This document shows positions 1 through 12,980 of a stretch of 64,000 nucleotides of DNA, in pieces. Position numbers and translations under genes: made by a program. A model generated the notes under the pieces. That model was not told where the DNA came from and did no database searches. It saw only the letters and a program-made list of their open reading frames with translations. Origin of the DNA: the human T2T-CHM13v2.0 reference genome, Homo sapiens. The DNA is taken from NCBI RefSeq assembly GCF_009914755.1, contig NC_060926.1, one strand, 5' to 3'. The stretch's first letter is position 1. Each line of letters begins with the position of its first letter.

Positions 1-1304
1 CAGCCTACTTTTGCCACGAATTTTCCTCCATTCTTTGTAGAGGAAGAAACAAAGGACCCCAAAGCACCCCATGAGGCAGTATAATAAGAAGGCCTAGAAC
101 TTGGATGCAAAGGGCCTCTTTGGGTGGAGACTTCACCGTGGTTGTATGCTTTAATCTTGACCTACACTTCCTCTTCTTTTTAAAAATAAACTCTAAGCAT
201 TGTTCCTTGGATATAATTGTAAATGATCTTTCCAGAAAAAGAACAAATCTGTTTTTAAAGAACCTGGTAAATACTAGTGAAACCTGCATGATTGAGGGTT
301 GGTCAAAATCTAAGTGGCTAGAACCGGAAATTCCACAAGACCATGACATTCTTTCATTGCAGCCAAGTGGCCCACACTGAGGGAAGATTCCTTTCTAGCT
401 CTACACAGACTAAGACGTTTCATAGAATTTAGATTATTTTTTGAAATGACTTTAAAGTTTTCTTATTTTTAGGAGTGGCATTTAAGTTAATGTCGTTGTG
501 AACATAGGACTTTTGTTGTTTTGTTATTCTAGTAATGTATACATTTGAGCATAACTGGAAAATTCAGAATCAGCCAATATTAATTTTATGGCAATTACCT
601 AATCTAAGTGGGAAAATGTTGGCATACCCTTTTTAAATGCAATACTTTTGTTCATATTCTCTAACATAATGGGCATGTTCTGTAGTTTAAAGAACCTTTG
701 TTTACAAGAGGAAAATAATGTCCTCAGTGCCCTGTAATTGACTTTCAGGGCCCAGTACTGAAACAAGTAGTACAGTATTCCATTACTGCAGCCAGTTTCA
801 CAAATCAATCTAAATAAATGTGTTTTCTTTGCAGACTTTAATCAATAAAAACAAATTTGCAAACCTTGTACATGGTGAGAAAAGTGCCAACGATTGTACG
901 AGTTTGAGAAGGCTTTTGTTCTTCTGAAATATTATTTTCTAAAAGTTATTGGATCTTCAGTTTTTAAAGTAAATCTCTAGAACATTTCTTTACCAAGTAA
1001 CATTATATGCTAGTTGCTTTAGGTCATCAAAAAATGCACAATTTATCCAACACACACATCATTATTGTAAAGCTATCATAATTTTACAATATATAATGTT
1101 TAAACTGAAACCGTCCAAAAGACATTCAAGTATTTAGGTTTAGCAGAGTACAAAGTTACTGACGATTAGACTCAGAAGAATCTTTCATCCAGTTACCCTT
1201 GTCTATGTCTATTGTCATAGTCTAATGACTAGGCCTATCCTTGTGTATGTGCAGAGAGTTTCTAACATCAGCACCAGAACATTTGCATGTGCCTGTCTGC
1301 CAGT

Positions 1305-1620
1305 TTTTTTTATTCCATGAATATTTATTGAAACAATATTCTGGGCTACACAATTTTAGCTTTACATTGCTAAAAGCTGACAATGTAAAGATGAGTAAGA
1401 CAGGCTTCTGCTGTAGCATATGAGGAAGTGTACATGTAAACAAAAAGTTCCAATATTCCTTGTTATATGTTATATGCTATATTATGCAGAGTTTTGGACA
1501 AAATGCTGAAAAGCATAAATGAATAGAATAATTTTAGAGGTATAAATAAAATGACTTCCGAGAAGAGGCATAATTTAAGCCAGGCATTGAAAAGAGAGCA
1601 GAAAAGCTGAAAAATAAGAG
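1305..1620 (-). mobile_element. L2 LINE 3' fragment (degraded)
   Basis: Reverse-strand L2 tail pattern 'ttattccatgaatatttattgaa...aaagatgagtaagacagg'; boundaries approximate. Confidence 0.5.
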
Positions 1621-2074
1621 AATGACTGTAAATATTAAAAGCACATGGTAGCTCTTCATTCAGAACAAAAAACCCAAATTAAATGTTAATGGGCACTAGG
1701 ATTAACTGCAAGGTCCTTTCAAATGATACTTACTCCTCTTCTGACTCATCTCAAGTGTCTGTGCTGTTTACCGAATGAAAATGTCATTGCAAATGATATG
1801 AAAGTATTATGTCCTCAGATACATGGGCGACAGAAAATGGTTTAGTACCGCTGGTTAGTACAAAACTATTACTGATTCTCAAATGAAGTGCTTAAATTGT
1901 TTAGAGTCAGCTAGCTATGGAAGAAGGTTCTATATGCAATAACTGATGTTAAGCAAGTATACCTGTTCCTAAAACGAAGACAGCTATACAAAGTTTTCTC
2001 TAGTAGTGTGTGGTGAAATTTTTCATGGTAGATATAAGGACAGTGGCTTATTTGGCTTAGCACCATATCTCTGG

Positions 2075-2540
<466 letters not shown>

Positions 2541-3739
2541 TGAGCTAAGTTCTGAACATGCTAAATTCAATGCGCCTTCACTACTGAAGTTTGTCCTTCA
2601 TTTGAAGCAGACTGTGATGAAGGTAAGTCAGATATAGATGTCCATCCTAGACTCAGTTCCACCACCAACTTCCCTGAAACTGCTTCTTCATCTTCAATTA
2701 TTGTTCAACTAAAAGATTTGTATTTCACTCAGTTATTCATGCTTTCTCCTGGATAAACATTTTTTAGTACCTATTGTGTAGTAAACGCTGCTGCATGAGA
2801 ACCATGAATAACATATGTTCAGGGAAAATCGTGGTTTTCAAATTGTGCTAGTTGTCAGAGGGAGTGTAGTATAATGTGGGTGCTGTATATGGAACCAGCA
2901 GAGTCTCAGAAAAGGCATCCTTCTCAGTAAGGCCATTTTTCACCTCTGAGTAAGCTGAGAATTAAATTTTACCTATGCTGAAAGCTCTGTCCAGGTAGAT
3001 TTACAATAATTGCCCTTTGGTGCTTTGGGGGAACTCTCACTCTCAAAGAATCTTAATGGATACAAGAGGGTTTATTACTCAATTCTTGAGGCCACAGAAG
3101 TCAATTCCTTGAATTAACTTTTTGTCTAGTGCAGATAGTTAAAAAGTAAAATTCCCTTTTGGGGCTTAGAATGAGGAAACTTTAGACTGATTGTAAACCT
3201 TTAGGGGATCAAGAGGAGTCTATGTTATAATAGAAGCTTGTGGAATTCTGAAGATAAAGGAGAAGATTATGCTGATTTAGGATGTTTAAGAGACCCTTTA
3301 GGCATTTTCTTGTTTCAGTAGATGCGTGTTTAGTTTTTTCCTTTCTTTGCTGACTGCTCACAGTGACATTTTGGATGATCATGGGATGTGTATGTGGTAA
3401 AATAAAGGTGAGTACATTTCCAGCCTTGTAGAAAATAAAATAATAAAATGCCCATTATAGAAATTGTCATGCAGTAACCAAACCTGTGATATTCTGCTAG
3501 CTTTAGTTATGATTTATTATGTAGGAGGTTTCTATAAGCCTTAACTCTAGTTAAGCATTGCAATTAATGTTATGAGAAGGTTAAAACCACCTTATTGAGA
3601 ATAGAAGATTAAAAGACGTTTTGCTCAAATAGGAAAGTTCATTTCTTAATTTGGGCCCACAAAGGCCTTCTCTTTTGCTTGTAATTTCCCTCAAAATTGG
3701 AGCTTCCTTTCAACAGAGGTTTTTGTTCAACCATAGAAC

Positions 3740-4175
3740 ATGAGGGTCTTTGATGGTTCCTGTTCAACTTTGTTTCTCCTAAGTTGCATGTCATTAATTT
3801 TTCTCCTTCTACCCCATGCTTTCTGCATGACCATGTTCATTGGTCTTACAGCCTCAACTCTCACCTCTATGTTGATATGACATCCTGAGGCTACACATTC
3901 AGTCTTCTTAAGACAATGTCTTCCTCTTGGTTTTTCCACCCTGGGGCTCCTTGTCACCCTGTAGAGGTCATTTCAAATCTCTCTTTGGGGAAGTCTTCTT
4001 CAATCCTCACAGTCCAGCTAATGACTTATTTCTTTGTGCCTCCTCAGGCCTTTCCATGAAGCTCCTCGACACACAATTCAGGGCAAATCTCTCTCTCTTC
4101 CCCTAGATTGTGAGGACAGCAATCATCTGTTATTTATCTTCTCCTGCATAGTAGGCAGCAATGAATGATCATTCT
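3740..4175 (+). mobile_element. L2 LINE 3' fragment
   Basis: 'ctctcttcccctagattgtgaggacagc...catagtaggcagcaatgaatga' resembles the L2 3' end. Confidence 0.5.
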
Positions 4176-4570
4176 TAAAGAATTGGCTGAAGAGTTCCAG
4201 TTTGGATGAAATGGTGGCACTGGCAAAGGCAAAACTCTAATTCTACACAAAACACATAAAAATGCTGGAGAAACTGATAAAAAATAGCTTTGGAGATTCC
4301 AAATAAGTACAAATGAAGAAGAAAGCTTAATTTTATGAGTTGGGCTGAAGTGGCTTATCAAGGGATTATGCCATGAGAAGCCCTTATTCTAGTACTTAAA
4401 ATTTTAACCCCTGTGAAGGGAGAAGAGAAATAAGTTTGAGCTGGAGAAAAGGCAAGGAAACAGAACTGAGACCTCTTCCCAAAGTGGGGATCTTGGAAAG
4501 ATTGCCTTTACTGAGCAGGCAAGCCTGCACCATGAGTTGTCATGGAGACTAACTTTACATTAGGTGCCCA

Positions 4571-4810
4571 TGTAATTGCCCAACAGGTTCTTCCTGCCCA
4601 CTGCACAGACCATGGTATTAAAATAAAGAAAGAATTTAATTGAGGCTAGGTTAGCTAGGCCATGAAGGAGACGGAGATTTTACTCACATCAATTTCCCGT
4701 AAGGCTCGCAGGTTAGGGGTTTTCAAGGATAGTTTTGTAGGCAGGGGACTAGGAAATGGGAAATGTTGATTGGTTGGGGATGAAATCATAGGGGTATGGT
4801 AAACAGTTCT
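4571..4810 (-). mobile_element. LTR8-family (ERV1) LTR, 3' fragment
   Basis: Reverse complement ends 'gaacctgttgggcaattaca'; colinear with the 3' part of the LTR at 60302-60980. Confidence 0.75.
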
Positions 4811-5416
4811 TAAAATTCTTTCAGAATTTCTGTTAGTAACTGATAGGTTAGAAAATAATAAATATAAAGAAAATTTGAACAAAAAACATAATAATCTTTA
4901 CCTACTAGAGACATATACACACACATAGATGAGCATGTACCTATAGAATATATTTACATATATGTAGGTACATATATGATACACATATATATCATATATA
5001 CAACATAAATATGATACATATGTATGTGTGTATACATAGTGAGCTGCACTAGAAAATTAGAAAATACATATTCTCAAAGAGCATGGCACATTTATAAAAA
5101 TCATCTTCTATACTTCAAATCTTGGAAGTCTTAAATATGATGACAATGATATCTGAAAAAAGGGGTAACATTAGACATAGGTAGGACTATAACTCCAAAA
5201 TATATTTAAATTTTTTAAATCCACTTTTAAGCTATTTAAAATAATTTGAGTGATAAAAAAATCATAACTATATGTAGTTGGAACAGAGTGACATTGAACC
5301 ATCTTTACAGAATGTATGACACAGCCAAAAGCAGTACTTGCAGGAAAATATATCCCATTACATCCATATGCTTGAAGAAAAAAAAAAAATTGAAAATTAA
5401 GAAGTTAGAAAAGATT

Positions 5417-5564
5417 GCTGAGTGCAGTGGCACATGCCTGTAGTCCCAGCTGCTCAGGAAAATCACTTGCGCCCAGGAGTTCAAGCCTGTAGTGCACTAT
5501 GATCATGCCTGTGGATAGCCAGCCTGGCAACATAGCAAGATCTTATCACTACAAAACAAACAAA
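5417..5564 (+). mobile_element. FAM fossil Alu monomer
   Basis: 7SL/FAM-type 'gcctgtagtgcactatgatcatgcctgtggatagcc'; flanking TSD aagaagttagaaaag / aagaggttagaaaag. Confidence 0.85.
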
Positions 5565-5589
5565 AAGAGGTTAGAAAAGGAACACAAAA

Positions 5590-6203
5590 TGTGATGGTTA
5601 ATACTGAGTGTCAACTTGATTGGATCGAAGCATACAAAGTATTGTTCCTGAGTGTGTCTTTGGGAGTGTTGCCAAAGGAGATTAACATTTGAGTCAGTGG
5701 ACTGGGAGAGGCTGACCCACCCTCAGTCTGGGTGGGCACCATCTAATCAGCTGCCAGCATAAAAACAGAAATGGAAAGAGCAGACTTGCTGAGTCTTCTG
5801 GCCTCCATCTTTCTCCCGTGCTGGATATTTCTGCCCTCAAACAGCAGACTCCAAGTTCTTCAGCTTTTGGACTCTTGGACCTATACCAGTGGTTCACCAA
5901 GGGCTCTTCAGCCTTCAGTCACAGACTGGAGGCTGCACTGTCAGCTTCTCTACTTTTGAGGTTTTGGGACTCAAACTGGCTTCCTTGCTCTTCAGCTTGC
6001 AAACAGCCTGTTGTGGGACTTCACCTTGTGACCGTGTGAGTCAATACTTCTTTTATGTATTTATTTATTTAATTTTTTTATTATACTTTAAGTTTTAGGG
6101 TACATGTGCACAACGTGCAGGTTGAGTCAATACTTCTTAATAAACTCCCTTTCATATATAAATTTATCCTATTAGTCCTGTCCTTCTAGAGAAGCCTAAT
6201 GCA
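5590..6203 (+). mobile_element. MLT2A (ERVL) solo LTR containing a small L1PA insert
   Basis: Starts 'tgtgatggttaatactgagtgtcaacttgattgga'; ends 'ctattagtcctgtccttctagagaagcctaatgca'. Confidence 0.9.
6053..6122 (-). mobile_element. About 70-bp 5'-truncated young L1PA 3' end
   Basis: 'ttattatactttaagttttagggtacatgtgcacaacgtgcagg' flanked by a perfect 16-bp TSD tgagtcaatacttctt (6037-6052, 6123-6138). Confidence 0.92.
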
Positions 6204-6279
6204 TAAAGTAAACCCACAGAAAATAATAAAAATTAGATCCCTAAGCAATGAAATAGAAAACAAATCCTAGAGGAGCTAA

Positions 6280-6743
6280 GATGGTTTAACTTGCCTAGAC
6301 CATGAGAGGTCCAGATACCTGGTGAAACATGACCTTCTGGTATGTCTGTGAGAGGGTTTCTGGAGGAGATTGGCATTTGAATTGGTGGGATGAGTAAAGA
6401 TCACCCTCACCGCTGTGGGTGGGCACCATCCAATCCATTGGGGGTCTCAAGAGATCAAAAAGGTGAGGGAGGGCTAATTTCTTCTCTCAAGGTGGAATTT
6501 CATCTTCTCTTGCCCTCAAACATCAGAGCTCTTGGTTCTTGGGCCTTTGGACTCCACTGGAAGTTATGTCATTGGCTTCCTTGGCTCTCAGGCCTTTGGA
6601 CATAGACTGAATGACACTACCAGCTTCCCTGGTGCTCCAGCTTGCAGACACCAAATCATAAGCCTTCCATCATCACACGAGCCAGTTCCCATTATATATA
6701 TTTCCTAGTGATTCTGTTTCTCTGGAGAACCCTGACTAATACG
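6280..6743 (+). mobile_element. MLT2C/D-type ERVL LTR
   Basis: 'tatgtctgtgagagggtttctggaggagattggcatttgaattgg...gggtgggcaccatccaatcc'; ends 'ctggagaaccctgactaatac'. Confidence 0.85.
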
Positions 6744-7084
6744 GGACCCAATAAATGTTAGAGACTAGTAAAATAATCATCTCCTGCCCAAATTGATTTA
6801 TTACGAAAAAAAAGAGGAGCACAAAACCAGCAGTGGGAATAAACGTGTAGATATGGGACACCGTAGACATACACAATACCTTTGAAACCCTAGATTACGT
6901 GGAGAAATTTCACACACAAAAGTTTGCTACAAGTGACCAAAAAAAAAAAAAAAAAACCCAAAAAACAAAAAGCAAACAAAAAAACACCTTAACCTATTGA
7001 CCCTATGTTTCCATTGATGTTTCCATTTAAAATAATACGTGATTCTCACCTCACAACTACACATAAATTTCAAATACAAAAAGT

Positions 7085-7367
7085 GGCTAGGTGCAGTGGC
7101 TCAACCTGTAACCCTAGCAGTTTGGGAGGCAGAGGTGGGCGGATCACCTGAGGTCGGGAGTTCGAGATCAGCCTGATCAACATGGAGAAACCCTGTCTCT
7201 ACTAAAAGTACAAAATTAGCCAGGCGTGGTGGCACATGCCTGTAATCCCAGCTACTTGGGAGGCTGAGACAGGAGAATCGCTTGAACCTGAGAGCAGAGG
7301 TTGCGGTGAGCTGAGATCGTGCCACTGCACTCCAGCCGGGGCAACAAGAGCGAAACTCTGTCTCAAA
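7085..7367 (+). mobile_element. AluSp/Sq-type SINE lacking its A tail
   Basis: 'aggtcgggagttcgag...aacatggagaaaccc' and 'gcaacaagagcgaaactc' diagnostics. Confidence 0.95.
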
Positions 7368-7430
7368 AGTAATTGCAGTTTTTGCGATTACTTTCAAAGT
7401 GTAAATCTTGTAGATCTGCACCGACTAATA
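7364..7430. mobile_element. MADE1 (Hsmar1-derived MITE) remnant
   Basis: 'caaaagtaattgcagtttttgcgattactttcaa' matches the MADE1 TIR and spacer; 'tgcaccgactaata' matches the opposite TIR end. Confidence 0.75.
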
Positions 7431-7874
7431 GTTTAATGGCCTAAGTAGAAAAGCAAATTTTTAAAATTATAGAATAGCGTATTTTTAAGAATACAGAAAA
7501 GGAAAGCTTTCTTAAATAAGACAAAGAAATCATAAATAATGTAGAAAATCATATCCACTTATTTATATATGTTCTTTCTGATAGTACTGAAATAATACTT
7601 TACATATTGGGGGTGGGATGGGGGATAGGCAGCATTAAGGGGTAATTGGAAAAGAGGATGCTTAAAAACATTGTCAAGCTTTGATTTCTGCTGATTATGG
7701 GCTCTAGGCTTGCTCTTCCTAAGGTAGATTCCAGAATAACACCATGCCCAAGGGCTATGGATTTAAGCCACAACCAGCTTCTTTTACTTTGGTGTGGAGG
7801 TAACTTTAGATTCTACAGGGCCCTTGGGAATGTGGGGGCGGGATGAGCATGTCTAGTAGTCCCTGACCTTGTAG

Positions 7875-8251
<377 letters not shown>

Positions 8252-8753
8252 AGGGATCATTTTAATTAAAAACAGCTATATGACAAATACTGCTTCAAAA
8301 CAAATCATTTCTTTGATGAGATTGCTGTCCATGAGCATCTTTTTTTGTAGAGAATGTGGGATAGCCGCCAATAAGAACCGTGACTGGTATTCAACCAGAA
8401 ATCTGAGACATGGAGAAAACAAACCAGAGATGACGATCAAAATACTTGGTAGACGCAAACAGGTGGAAAGCTCTGTAACTAACGGGACTGAGAAAATGTC
8501 ATGATTGTGGGGTGTTGATCATTTGGTAATGCTGGGTTTCAACAAAAATGTTCTTTTGTGGGATCTGTGATACTGATTTGGCCTCAGAAATGTAAAAGTT
8601 GCAGCAATACACCAAATAAGAAAGGTGATGGATAGCACCCTGTGTGCTAGTGACTCACTAGGCTCAGAGAGATTAGGAGGAAGATTTAACTAGGGCCTTT
8701 TTGACTGCAAAGCTCATGTTATTCATTTTCTGACATGACTTCAAAATAAGTGT

Positions 8754-9293
8754 TGTGATGTTTAATTTTCTGTGTCAGCTTGACTGGACTAAGGGATGCC
8801 CAGGTAGCTGGTAAAACACTGTTTCTATGTGTGACTATGAGGGTATTTATGGAAGAAGTGAGCCTGTCCTCACCAATGTGAGGCATCATCTAATTTATTG
8901 AGGACCTGAAAAGAATAAGAAGGCAGAAGGAGGGTAAATTCCTCTCTTCTTGAGATAGAGTGTCCATCTCCTCTTGGTCCCAGACATCAGAGGTCCTGGT
9001 TCTCAGGCCTTCAAGCTCTGGGACTTACACTAGTACTCCCCTTCTTACTGGGTTCTCAGGCCTTCCTCCTTGGTCTGGGAGTTACACTATTGGTTCCCCT
9101 TGTTCTTAGGGCTCTGAACTCAGACTGAATTTCACCAAGGGCATTCTTGGCTTTCAGCTTGCATAATATGGAATTTCTCAGCTTCCATAATCGTGTGAGC
9201 CAATTCCTACGATGAATCTCTCCATATATCTATAGCTACATATCTATACCTATATTATTGATTCTGTATCTCTGAAGAACCTTGACTAATACA
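8754..9293 (+). mobile_element. MLT2B/C-type ERVL solo LTR
   Basis: Starts 'tgtgatgtttaattttctgtgtcagcttgactggactaaggg'; ends 'gaagaaccttgactaataca'. Confidence 0.85.
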
Positions 9294-9344
9294 GATGTTA
9301 TCCTAATTTCTCAATTGAAGCAGCTAAGAGTCAGGGAGTTTAGG

Positions 9345-9671
9345 TGCTATTGACTGAATGTTTGTATGCCCCCAAATTTATGTTGAAACCTAGTTCCCAA
9401 TGTTATAGTATTTGGAAGTGGAATCTTTGGGAGGTGGTTAAGTCTTGAGGGGAAAGAGAACCCTAAGAACTCCCTCACCCCTTCTTCCATGTGAAGACAT
9501 AGCAGGAAGGAACATTTATGAATCAGGAAATGGGCTCTTGCCAGACACTGAATCTGCTGGTACCTTGATCTTGCACTTCTCAGCCTCTAGAACTTAGAGA
9601 AATAGATGTTTGTTGATAAAGCTATCCAGTCTATTGTATTTTTGTTATAGAAGCCCAAAGGGGTTAACACA
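9345..9671 (+). mobile_element. MLT1A-type MaLR solo LTR inserted in a MIR fragment
   Basis: 'tgctattgactgaatgtttgtatgcccc...ccagacactgaatctgctggtaccttgatc'; TSD ttagg/ctagg; MIR core 'tcctaatttctcaattgaagcagctaagagtcagggag' upstream. Confidence 0.85.
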
Positions 9672-11322
9672 CTAGGTAACGTCTAAAAATCACGGAAACT
9701 TTAACCTCAGGCTTTATTTTTCATCCCAAATATTCTAAAGACTGTGATCTTTATATTCAATTTTACGCTGTACTCTGTGTGTATCTGTGCACATATGTGC
9801 TTGTGTGTGTGTGAGAGAGAGAGAGAGAGAAGAGCCAGAATAAAAAATAATATTTGCAACTTTGGTTTGGAATTTTTTTTTCAGTTGGAAGAGTTCCTAG
9901 AACATTATGTTTTTCCCATGCCTTACATTTTAACTGAAGTTAAAAGAAATAAAAGCTGTGCATACTTTACAATATTATATAAACAAATCACCTTTTCTTC
10001 AGCTGATTACCCACTAGGCCAAGGCAGGTGCTGCTGACTAATCACCAACCAATCTTTTCAACTCAATGACAAGAAAATGTAAAGCAATCAGGTGATCTAC
10101 ATTGTGTCTAATTTTGGGAGCCTCTTAATCCAAAGTTAAGACGATCAGCTGTGTGTAGTTTTCATTTTACTGTAGAGTCAGTCAAGGCCTACTGTTTCTC
10201 AGAAATTCAAACACTCATATTTGTTCTTTGCAATTTTTATTTTTTTAATTTGAAAAGCCTGCAACTGTGGTTCAGAATGATTTCTTTACTCCAGCTATTT
10301 TCTTTGGGTTCCAATGAAGCAATGCAGAACACATTTGGACACTGGGCAGAATATGCGTTTAGTAAACTACATCCTTGTAAATAATAAAGCCTTGTCAATG
10401 ATCGACCAGCCATTTGGCTGTTTCCTGTTTTGTAATCCTTGTCTATGATGACATAATAGATTCAGAATAACATTTGTTTCTCCAGGTTTGTGGTATAGCT
10501 GAAAATCACGTTCCCGTAACTTTATATTTTGACTGGCTAGCTTCATGGTGAAGTCAGATTAAAAAAACTGTGGAAAAACAGTGGGTGGTTTCTTTCTAAT
10601 ACATTCTTAGAATGGGAGAAAGTATTCAGTTCCTCCCGTTACAGTGACATGCTCCTTTTCATGTGATTTCTTCCTTGTTATAAATAAGCTGTATTTGATT
10701 GCCTCTGCACATTTTTTATTAGTTAACATCTTTGCTGTTTTGACATTTTATGTGTATTTGTGAAGAAAGTAAGTTGAATTAACAGAGTAGAATTTTTTCA
10801 AATTGTAAATTTCTCAAATAATTTCAAGGCTATTAATTCTTATTAATTGTACATAATGAAAATATTGCTGGCAATTTCTCGCTCCTTGTCTCTTAATATT
10901 AGGTGTCAAAGGGCTAGTCCCAAATATTCAAAGGTCCTATTTATTTATTTTCCGTACAATTAGTTTCCAGTGAACTTCATGACAATGCATTTGTATAGCA
11001 AACATAAATATCTTAAGCTTTGGACATCTTTAATTAATATTTTAAATGTGTTATTTATGAGACACCTGCAAGAACTAGTGTGATTACTTTATGATTTTAT
11101 AACATTTTCTGTAGCAAACTTGCTGTATAAATTAGAATTGTCAGTAATATAACTATGACAGAAATAAATGAAAATGTTTAGGTTTAGAATTAAAAGTCTC
11201 AGTTTTTAAGTTAACTGACATTGGATATTTGCATTACCTAAAATAACAACTTGTCTCTTTCCCTAAAGGCAACCAGAAAAATGTTACAACTTATTAACTG
11301 GATGCCTCGAGAGCTCATCCCC

Positions 11323-11805
11323 TGCAGTGGAGACTGCTGGATGCAATTCTAAGATCTATTTCATTTTTCTCTGTCACAGAATCCTGATTTCAGCCAACAC
11401 ATCACTGCCAATAATAAGAGTCCACATATCACAGCTTCCTATACATACTAGATGTGGCATGTGGCTAGTAAATGACCATAAAATTTAGGAGTAATATTTT
11501 TGGTGGGACACTTTTCAAAGGAAGGATAATCTTTTTTTCCTTCTTTCTCTAGCATATAGCTTGGAATACAAATGTGATAGCTGGAGCACTAACAGCTATC
11601 TTGGACCATGAGGTAATAGTAAGATTAGTAGTTCCCTGTGTTGAAAGGTACCTAGTGCCTTCATGGACCTGCTATGCCAAGGCAGTAAAGGATTACCCAC
11701 CACTGGACTTGTTTTACAAGAAAGAGAAATTAAGTTCCATCTTACTTAAACTAATTATTTCAGTTTTTTACTGTTGTGTGAAAACAAGCCTAATCCTTAG
11801 TAAAA
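11323..11805 (+). mobile_element. MLT1J-like old MaLR LTR
   Basis: 'ttggaatacaaatgtgatagctggagcactaacagctatcttggaccatgagg' and the AT-rich MLT1 3' end. Confidence 0.7.
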
Positions 11806-11844
11806 AGTACTATAATACTACAATAATAAATAACTAATATAACA

Positions 11845-12075
11845 ATTATAATAACAACTAACATTTATTCAATTTTACTATGCATCGGATAATATGTTAA
11901 ACACTGTAATAATTAATTTGATCCTCACAGCAACCTTACAAGGTAGATAATATTATTACTTCCTTTTTAATAGATGAGAAAACTGAGGTTCAGAAGAGCG
12001 AAGTGGCAGACAGAGAGGATCCAGGCTCCAAATGTGAAAAATCTGACTCTAAAACTTCCGTTCCTACCACAGGGT
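11845..12075 (-). mobile_element. MIR SINE
   Basis: 'aacatttatt...atttgatcctcacagcaacct...tagatgagaaaactgaggttcaga' core. Confidence 0.85.
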
Positions 12076-12304
12076 CATGTGCCACCATTGGAAAATTAGC
12101 ACTGGTCACTTATAGTTGGAGATCAGACTTTCCATGCATATCATGGCATCCTGTCATCTCCTGCCATCTTCGTGACCCTGCATCACTTAGATGTATACGC
12201 AGATTGAAGAAAATGAAGATTTATTGATTACATACTATATTCAGGCACTGTGACAGATATAGGATATACATGCTTCTCCAATCTTAACCATTGTCCTGTG
12301 AGGG

Positions 12305-12480
12305 AATCAGGGTCATAAGATTAATCCCAGGAACCCCACTTACTAGGTTTTGGACCTTGGGACAACTAAATGATTTATGTGAGTATATTATAAGGTGGTT
12401 GACCAATTAAAATAATCCCTAAAAAATGCTTAGAACAGAGCCCAACACATGGTAACCACTCCATGCAATTAATAGCTCAA
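12305..12480 (+). mobile_element. MIR SINE fragment
   Basis: 'cccacttactaggttttggaccttgggacaa' and 'aaatgcttagaacagagcccaacacatggtaa'. Confidence 0.65.
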
Positions 12481-12549
12481 TGAGCTATTAATACTTCTAT
12501 TATGTTACAGATGAGGGTCCTGAGGCTTGGATAGGTCAGTGAACCGGCT

Positions 12550-12980
12550 GTTGTGGACCAAGTTCTCTTGAAAACTAACTCTGAGACTGAGGTTCATGTG
12601 CAGAAAATTTATTAGAACACACTCTTAGCAACAACTCCTGTGGGGGAGTTGGGTAGGTGGTTTGAGCAGAGATGTTAGCTGTGACGCAGAGGCAGTAGAA
12701 CTCAGCTGATGCCACAGGGATCCTTGAGCTGGGATGGCCTTCAGAGTTCTCTCCCTTGGGGACAGAGGTCTAGGCCTTTGCACCTGTGCTTTGACCAGTC
12801 ACTGGATATGAAAGGGTCCAGGAAGGGGACATAACTCAGGGCGAAGGAGCTCCCTCTGGAGGAGGGCGATTTCCAGGGTGTTCTCAGGTGAGAGCCCACA
12901 GAAGCCCACACTTAGCAGCTGCTGGGAGAATAAATGCCTTGGTCATAGGGAGATATCCAGGTGTCTCTCCATGATGCCAA
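12550..12980 (-). mobile_element. LTR16-family (ERVL) LTR within a MIR
   Basis: 'ctctgagactgaggttcatgtgcagaaaatttattag...ctcagctgatgccacagggatccttgagctgggatggccttcagagtt'. Confidence 0.7.

Larger units (their letters stand above)
4190..7565 (+). mobile_element. Old L1M LINE, fragmented and interrupted by several younger insertions
   Basis: L1M-like 5' motif 'gagttccagtttggatgaaatggtggc'; ORF2-like segments 'ttctcaaagagcatggcacatttataaaa', 'tatgacacagccaaaagcagtacttgcaggaaaa', 'tttgaaaccctagattacgtggagaaattt', 'ggaaagctttcttaaataagaca'. Confidence 0.65.

Noticed and set aside
5-380. Overlapping 114-aa and 91-aa ORFs at the window start
   Set aside because: No recognisable family; the composition is typical of non-coding AT-rich DNA.
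8255-8550. Possible ancient DNA-transposon fragment beside the AluSc
   Set aside because: I could not match it to a specific consensus from memory; it needs a Dfam search.
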